64,000 nt of DNA, taken from NCBI GenBank assembly GCA_001784875.1, contig MFSH01000002.1, positions 1,220 to 65,219 of the forward strand, given 5' to 3'. How positions within the stretch are numbered: the stretch's first letter is position 1; every line of letters starts with the position of its first letter. A program made the position numbers and the translations under genes. Shown here one piece after another: positions 58,968-64,000 of the stretch. This DNA is from Candidatus Moranbacteria bacterium RIFOXYB1_FULL_43_19 (GTDB lineage Bacteria > Patescibacteriota > Minisyncoccia > Moranbacterales > UBA11712). The notes beneath the pieces are model-generated. The model searched no databases. It had not been told where the DNA came from and worked only from the letters and a program-made list of their open reading frames with translations.

Positions 58968-60005
58968 TTATATTTTCTCTGCTATTCTCATTTTTGCGCT
59001 TCTGGATCTTGGATTTTCCCGAATTTCTTTTTCGCTTGGTTGAATCGGTTTTTTGGTGATTATTTTGAGATTTTTTTTGTGGTTGCAAACGCATTTGGGA
59101 AATTTCGGCGGGCAAATACAGTCTCTTGATTCCTTTCGAATGAAATTTTTGACAATCCGGTCTTCAAGTGAATGAAAACTGATAACTGCCAGTCTCGAAC
59201 TTCTGCCTAAAATTTTCTCTGTTTTCTCTAAAAATGTCTCCAGATTTTTGAGTTCCTGGTTTGTTTCAATTCGCAAAGCTTGAAATGTTCGAGTTGCAAA
59301 ATGAATTTTGTCGCGCTTATAATTTTCCGGAACTGCTTTCGAAATAATTTCTACCAACTTCTCAACATCATCAATTTTGCTGCCTTTTCTCTCTATTGAA
59401 ATTTCTCTGGCAATTCTGCGTGCGTATTTTTCTTCTCCATATTGCCAAAAAATATCAGCGAGATTTTTTTCGGAATATTTGTTGACAACGTCCGCCGCCG
59501 TCATCTTCTGCGTTTCGGGAGAATAGCGCATATCGAGCAATCCGTTGTGAAGAAAACTGAATCCCCTCCCCGCGTCTTCGATCTGGTCAGAACTGAACCC
59601 AAGGTCAATCAAAATCGCATCTGCTTTGTTGAGTCCCAATTCTCCAAAGATCTTATCTAAATTCGCGTAATTGTCATTCACCCCGCACCAGTGGCAGACA
59701 ATTTGGTCCCCCCGCCATACTGGCCTAAAAGAATATAAGGGAATTTTGTCATGATTATTACTTTTCACTGGTGCGGGGCTTACCCCTTCCTGAATATCGT
59801 AACCTTCCTTTTTTAATCTTTTTTCAAAATTTTGGATTGCTCGCCTATCCCAGTCGATCGAAACTAATTTTCCGCCCGGCAAAATCTTTTTGAGAATCGC
59901 GAGAGAATGTCCTCCCGCTCCAAGTGTTCCATCGACAACCGTCATCCTCGGTTTCAGATTCAAATTCTCGATAACCTCCTCAAGCAAGACCGGTTTATGC
60001 GTCAT
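58968..60005 (-). CDS. rsmH: 16S rRNA m4C1402 methyltransferase
   Basis: HKPVLL, DGTLGAGGHS, DLGFSSDQ, FQALRI, ISFHSLEDRIVK, NPRSRSAK. Confidence 0.96.
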   Translation of the reverse strand: MTHKPVLLEEVIENLNLKPRMTVVDGTLGAGGHSLAILKKILPGGKLVSIDWDRRAIQNFEKRLKKEGYDIQEGVSPAPVKSNNHDKIPLYSFRPVWRGDQIVCHWCGVNDNYANLDKIFGELGLNKADAILIDLGFSSDQIEDAGRGFSFLHNGLLDMRYSPETQKMTAADVVNKYSEKNLADIFWQYGEEKYARRIAREISIERKGSKIDDVEKLVEIISKAVPENYKRDKIHFATRTFQALRIETNQELKNLETFLEKTEKILGRSSRLAVISFHSLEDRIVKNFIRKESRDCICPPKFPKCVCNHKKNLKIITKKPIQPSEKEIRENPRSRSAKMRIAEKI

Positions 60006-60080
60006 GGAGCATGGAGCACATAATATGGAGCAGGCAGCAAAGTTTTTTTGTTCCATGTTCCATGCTATGTGTTATGTGAT

Positions 60081-60515
60081 CTAATATATTCCGAGTTTAC
60101 CAAGTTGCTCTGCAATTTCGTCTGTGTTTTTTTCAGCTTCCTTTTTGTACTTGTTCCAGCTCTCGCCGTCCCAGATTTCGAGACGGTTATAGAGTCCCGC
60201 GATCACCACTTCTTTTTTGAGCCCGGCATACTCTTTGAGATAGTCCGGGATAAGCACCCGGCCAAGCTTGTCCATGTCGACGTCAACCGCGCCTGCAAGC
60301 ATCAGCCTCACGAAACTTCTTGTTCCCGACTCCCCCATCGGAAGACTTCCAAGTTTCGAAGACAAATCCTCCCAAGTTTTCATGGGATATACAAAAAGAC
60401 ATTTATCAAGTCCTCGCGTGACAACCGCCCGCCCTGAAAAAACTTCCCGGAATTTTGAAGGAATAGCCACACGCTTTTTCGGATCTATATTGTGAGAATA
60501 TTCGCCGATGAACAT
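60081..60515 (-). CDS. mraZ: Transcriptional regulator MraZ
   Basis: MFIGEYSHNIDPKKRVAIPSKFR..DKLGRVLIP..RLEIW. Confidence 0.96.
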   Translation of the reverse strand: MFIGEYSHNIDPKKRVAIPSKFREVFSGRAVVTRGLDKCLFVYPMKTWEDLSSKLGSLPMGESGTRSFVRLMLAGAVDVDMDKLGRVLIPDYLKEYAGLKKEVVIAGLYNRLEIWDGESWNKYKKEAEKNTDEIAEQLGKLGIY

Positions 60516-60563
60516 TATTTTTGAGACGACAAAGAAAAATACAAACCGTGTTCCCCCGTTTGC

Positions 60564-60615
60564 TTATCCACAAAGTGGCCTAGTTATCCCCACTTCTATC
60601 CACTTTGCAACACTA
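60564..60615 (-). promoter_or_regulatory. mraZ upstream region: GTG(G) repeats at 10-nt spacing plus DnaA-box-like sites
   Basis: Minus strand AGTGTTGCAA-AGTGGATAGA-AGTGGGG; TTATCCACA at 60564-60572. Confidence 0.5.
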
Positions 60616-60729
60616 TGATTACATTTTAAACCACCTGAAAACATCCGTCAACACTTCCCGCCAAAATAAAAAATCGCTTATACAAGCGACTCAATGCAAA
60701 TATTACACACAAGTTATCCACTTTTTCAC

Positions 60730-62244
60730 TTAAATTTCTGAAAAAACACTATCTTTATTCTTTTCCGCTTCATCAGAATAGTCCTTCGAAGATTCTCGCA
60801 GTGTAAGCGCGGTGATCGCGCCGACAAGCATGACAAATGATGCGACAAAAAAGACATGGCTATATGACGCTACTTCAGCCTTGAGAACAACGAGCCCGGG
60901 AACAATATTCTGGAATATTGGCGAGGAAGAATTGATGGTTGTATTGGCGCTTATGCCGATTATATTTTTTTCAATATTTCTGGTGAGCAAAGTCCCGAAA
61001 ACGGCAATCCCGATCGCTCCAGAGATATTCCGCGTGAGGTTCAAGATACCAGAAGCAATTCCCACTTCGCGGGGCAAAACAGAACTGGCCACGGCGTTGG
61101 TGAGTGGTGCCATTCCAAGCCCCATCCCAACCGCAAACAAAAACAGTGGAAAAATCAAATCACTTCCTTTCATCAATGGATCAAGGCGCTGAGAGATAAT
61201 AAAAAAACCAATTGTCGAAATAAGCATTCCGCCGGAAACCGACCAGCGAGGCGCGACATATTTTGATATTTGCGCCCCAAGCGGTGAGATAATCATCATG
61301 GTGAGCGCCAGCGGCAAGAAAAGATATCCTGTCTCCGTTGCGCCATATCCCAAAAAAGTCTGGACGAAAATCGGAATGAGAAACATCGCTCCCATAAATC
61401 CGCCAAAAGAAACGAAGGTTGCCGAAAGCGCTGAGACAAAAATCGCATTTTGAAAAAACTTGAGATCAATCAGCGGATTTTTCATCCGCTTTTCGAGAAA
61501 ATAAAATGTAACTCCCGAAATAAATGTCGCCAAATATGCAATGAAACTTTTGAGCGACGACCAACCCCACTCTTGCCCTTTATCAAGAACCAGGACCAAG
61601 CTGGAAAGCGCAATTGCCAAAATAATAGACCCGGCATAATCAAATTTTTCCTTAGTTGCCAGCGACCGGTCTTTGGGAAGGAAAGCCAGAACCATCAAAA
61701 TTCCAATGATTCCAATCGGGAAGTTTATGTAAAAAAGCATCCTCCAGGAAAAGTTGTCGATGAGGGGGCCACCGATGAGGGGGCCAATAACAGCTGATGC
61801 CGCAAATGAACCGGCCCAAATGCCGAGCGCCTGGGCTCGGGCTTGCTTGTCTCGGAAGGTTTTCGTGATGAGCGACATGGCCGTCGGATAAATAGCCGCT
61901 CCGACCAGCCCCTGAATAGCCCGGAAAAAAATAAGCGACCCGATGCTCCAGGAAAGCCCGGCTATAAGAGAGATGATCACGAAAGCGACAAAACTCCAAA
62001 GATATATGAAACGGTCGCCAAGCATGTCACCCAATTTTCCGAAAACGGGAACGAAGACTGCGTTGGAAATTATGTAAGCGGTTGCGATCCATCCGGCGGT
62101 CGTCACGGTGATTCCAAACTCGCTCATCATCTTCGGCACGCCCAAATTGACCACTGTCCGGTCCAAACCGATCAGCAGCGTCCCAACCATCACAGTGGCA
62201 AGAATCAGCCAGGGGGAATAAATTGCTTCTGATTTATTTGGCAT
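60730..62244 (-). CDS. DHA2-family MFS efflux permease (EmrB/QacA-like)
   Basis: LDRTVVN, GKLGDMLG, FRAIQG, WRMLFYINFPIG, PLIDL. Confidence 0.9.
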   Translation of the reverse strand: MPNKSEAIYSPWLILATVMVGTLLIGLDRTVVNLGVPKMMSEFGITVTTAGWIATAYIISNAVFVPVFGKLGDMLGDRFIYLWSFVAFVIISLIAGLSWSIGSLIFFRAIQGLVGAAIYPTAMSLITKTFRDKQARAQALGIWAGSFAASAVIGPLIGGPLIDNFSWRMLFYINFPIGIIGILMVLAFLPKDRSLATKEKFDYAGSIILAIALSSLVLVLDKGQEWGWSSLKSFIAYLATFISGVTFYFLEKRMKNPLIDLKFFQNAIFVSALSATFVSFGGFMGAMFLIPIFVQTFLGYGATETGYLFLPLALTMMIISPLGAQISKYVAPRWSVSGGMLISTIGFFIISQRLDPLMKGSDLIFPLFLFAVGMGLGMAPLTNAVASSVLPREVGIASGILNLTRNISGAIGIAVFGTLLTRNIEKNIIGISANTTINSSSPIFQNIVPGLVVLKAEVASYSHVFFVASFVMLVGAITALTLRESSKDYSDEAEKNKDSVFSEI

Positions 62245-62367
62245 AAAATAAAATTAGGTCATTGGTTACATTGGTTATCGGCAGTGAGTCAGGTCATAGG
62301 TCGTTGGATTTATTGCGACCAAAGACTAATGACTTGTCTCACGGCTAATGACCTAGTTACCTATGAC

Positions 62368-63024
62368 CTATCTATAGATCCACACTTTCGCCGACATTCC
62401 GTTTTTGAGTTCCGGATACTGGCTGAGATTGAAGCGAATTTTCACGTTGAATTCTTTGGTCGGTCTTTGTGATGATATATCGAAGGTCAGGGCTGATTCT
62501 CTCGAACTTGCTCCTATTTCATCGACGATACCTTGATATTCTTTGGACTCGAAAGCATCAACCGTGAAAACAACGCGCTGTCCGACTTTTATTCGTGTTA
62601 GACCCTTGTTTTCTTCGACTCTCGCGACTACCCGAAGGTTGGCCGGATTTATCATTGTCACCACCGGATCACTTGGATTGGCAATTTTTCCGATTTCCTT
62701 GGCGGCAAAGATAACCAGACCTTCTTCTTTTGTCTTGACCAGTTCCTCGCCTACTTTCGCCACAACAAAATTTTTGGGCACGATTTGTCCTTCCTGGACA
62801 AAGATTTCCCTCAAAATACCGGGATTTGGGGCCGATAGGATTATCTCGGGCGCGGAAACCTCAGCGTCTTCATCATAAACCCGGCTAGCCGAGACTCTCA
62901 AATACAGAACTGCGACGATTATCCCGGCAAGGAATAGAACAGCCGCCGCAACTATAAGCAGCTGCCTGTTAGAAAATTTTTCATTTTCCGAATCCCGTTG
63001 GAATTGCTCTTTTGATTCTCCCAT
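62368..63024 (-). CDS. HlyD/EmrA-like membrane fusion protein (short)
   Basis: N-terminal TM, lipoyl-like halves, IKVGQRVVFTVDAF, LKNGMSAKV. Confidence 0.8.
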   Translation of the reverse strand: MGESKEQFQRDSENEKFSNRQLLIVAAAVLFLAGIIVAVLYLRVSASRVYDEDAEVSAPEIILSAPNPGILREIFVQEGQIVPKNFVVAKVGEELVKTKEEGLVIFAAKEIGKIANPSDPVVTMINPANLRVVARVEENKGLTRIKVGQRVVFTVDAFESKEYQGIVDEIGASSRESALTFDISSQRPTKEFNVKIRFNLSQYPELKNGMSAKVWIYR

Positions 63025-63064
63025 ATCTATATTTATTCTTTATTCCGAAATAATCCTAAAATTA

Positions 63065-64000
63065 TTATTTTGAAAAACTGACGACCCTTTCCCCTTCGTT
63101 GATGCCGGACAATATTTCCGCCATTCCGCTTTCTTCCTCAATGCCAATTTTCACTTCCTTTTCCTTTAGACCTTGCCCGCTATCCTCTGTCAATACAAAA
63201 TTCTGGCCGCCTCGCTTGATGACTGAAGACACAGGCACTGCCAAGGCATTTTTCCTTTCTGCAGCGACAATTTCAACATTGGCCGTCGCGCCTGATTTCA
63301 AGCACTCGGTTGATTTTCCAAGCGCAAAGGAAACTTTATAAACCGGATTGCCGTTTTCCTGGCTTTCGGCCGGATCAACCGCAGCCACCGGCAATTCAAC
63401 TTTTTCTCCTCCCAAACAGCTGTCAAAAGTTATTTCAGCCATATCTCCTTCTTTGATTTCTGAAACATCTCTCTGATTGAGGAAAGCTTCAACCTTGAAA
63501 GTGTCCTGGCTTATCACAGAAAATGCCGGGCTGGCCGGATTGGCAATCTCGCCTATATCGATATTTTTTTCGGATACTATTCCCTCGATCGGAGATGAAA
63601 GTACAATTTTCTTGTGCTGATCTTTCGCGCTTCGAAGAGCGGCTTGCGCTGATACGATCTGTGCTTTTTGGATATCAACCAGGGCTTGTGCCGACTTTAT
63701 CTGCGCCCTTTGGACATCGACAGTGTATTTGGAGGCGTGGGTATTCACTAGCTCATCTTTGCGCTCCTTTTCTTTTTTCAGGTTCGCCTCCGCCTGCGCA
63801 AGGCCCGCCTGGGCAATTTCAAGGCCCGCCAAAGCCTGGTTAACTTGGTCCGAATAATCAGTCTGGTCCAAAATCGCCAGCTGCTGCCCAAGTTTCACTT
63901 GGTCTCCGACTTGGACATTGATGGCCGCGACTTTTCCCGTTTTTTCAAAAGCCAGATCAACTGCCGCAACTGGTTTCACCGAACCCGACACCGAAATTGT
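63065..64000 (-). CDS. Efflux periplasmic adaptor subunit; 5' end outside the window
   Basis: DLAFEKTGKV..VQVGDQVKLGQ, coiled-coil hairpin, SPIEG, EILSGINEGERV. Confidence 0.85.
   Translation of the reverse strand, partial: TISVSGSVKPVAAVDLAFEKTGKVAAINVQVGDQVKLGQQLAILDQTDYSDQVNQALAGLEIAQAGLAQAEANLKKEKERKDELVNTHASKYTVDVQRAQIKSAQALVDIQKAQIVSAQAALRSAKDQHKKIVLSSPIEGIVSEKNIDIGEIANPASPAFSVISQDTFKVEAFLNQRDVSEIKEGDMAEITFDSCLGGEKVELPVAAVDPAESQENGNPVYKVSFALGKSTECLKSGATANVEIVAAERKNALAVPVSSVIKRGGQNFVLTEDSGQGLKEKEVKIGIEEESGMAEILSGINEGERVVSFSK

Noticed and set aside
1-64000. Stop-codon reassignment (code 25/4)
   Set aside because: Core genes are full length under code 11 and several end in TGA at expected positions

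Overview
Bacterial chromosome segment, code 11, mostly minus-strand genes. Gene content and repeat style suggest Patescibacteria/CPR (Parcubacteria-like); this is inference, as the window has no rRNA. Core blocks: speB + deoxyhypusine-synthase-like gene, murB-murC-(patatin)-murG-ftsW, trmD-khpA-rpsP, rlmN, rplU, clpB with a perfect CIRCE, pcm, malic enzyme, trxAB, uppS, polyprenyl synthase, mraZ-rsmH-ftsL-ftsI-murF, an efflux cluster and four tRNAs. A ~16.8 kb island (about 14690-31470) lies between tRNA-Asp and a degenerate copy of its 3' end. It carries an AT-rich four-gene nuclease/helical-repeat/PIN/Zn-finger operon, two DNA methyltransferases, a terminase-small-like HTH, a large serine recombinase followed by a highly structured candidate ncRNA, and an EcoRI-family methyltransferase + DUF262/HNH pair. 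Most striking: after an (AG)4 tract in that methyltransferase all three reading frames are open and each ends in a different, mutually similar C-terminal module, a candidate three-state frameshift specificity switch. Also present: a trimeric [FeFe]-hydrogenase with a short NuoF-type beta subunit, a RAYT transposase with five REP-like palindromes, an HTH/LAGLIDADG-like ORF ending inside a tRNA, and palindromic mini-elements inserted in frame in murF, rsmH, trmD and murB. All protein family calls are from motif recognition by eye; no database searches were run.
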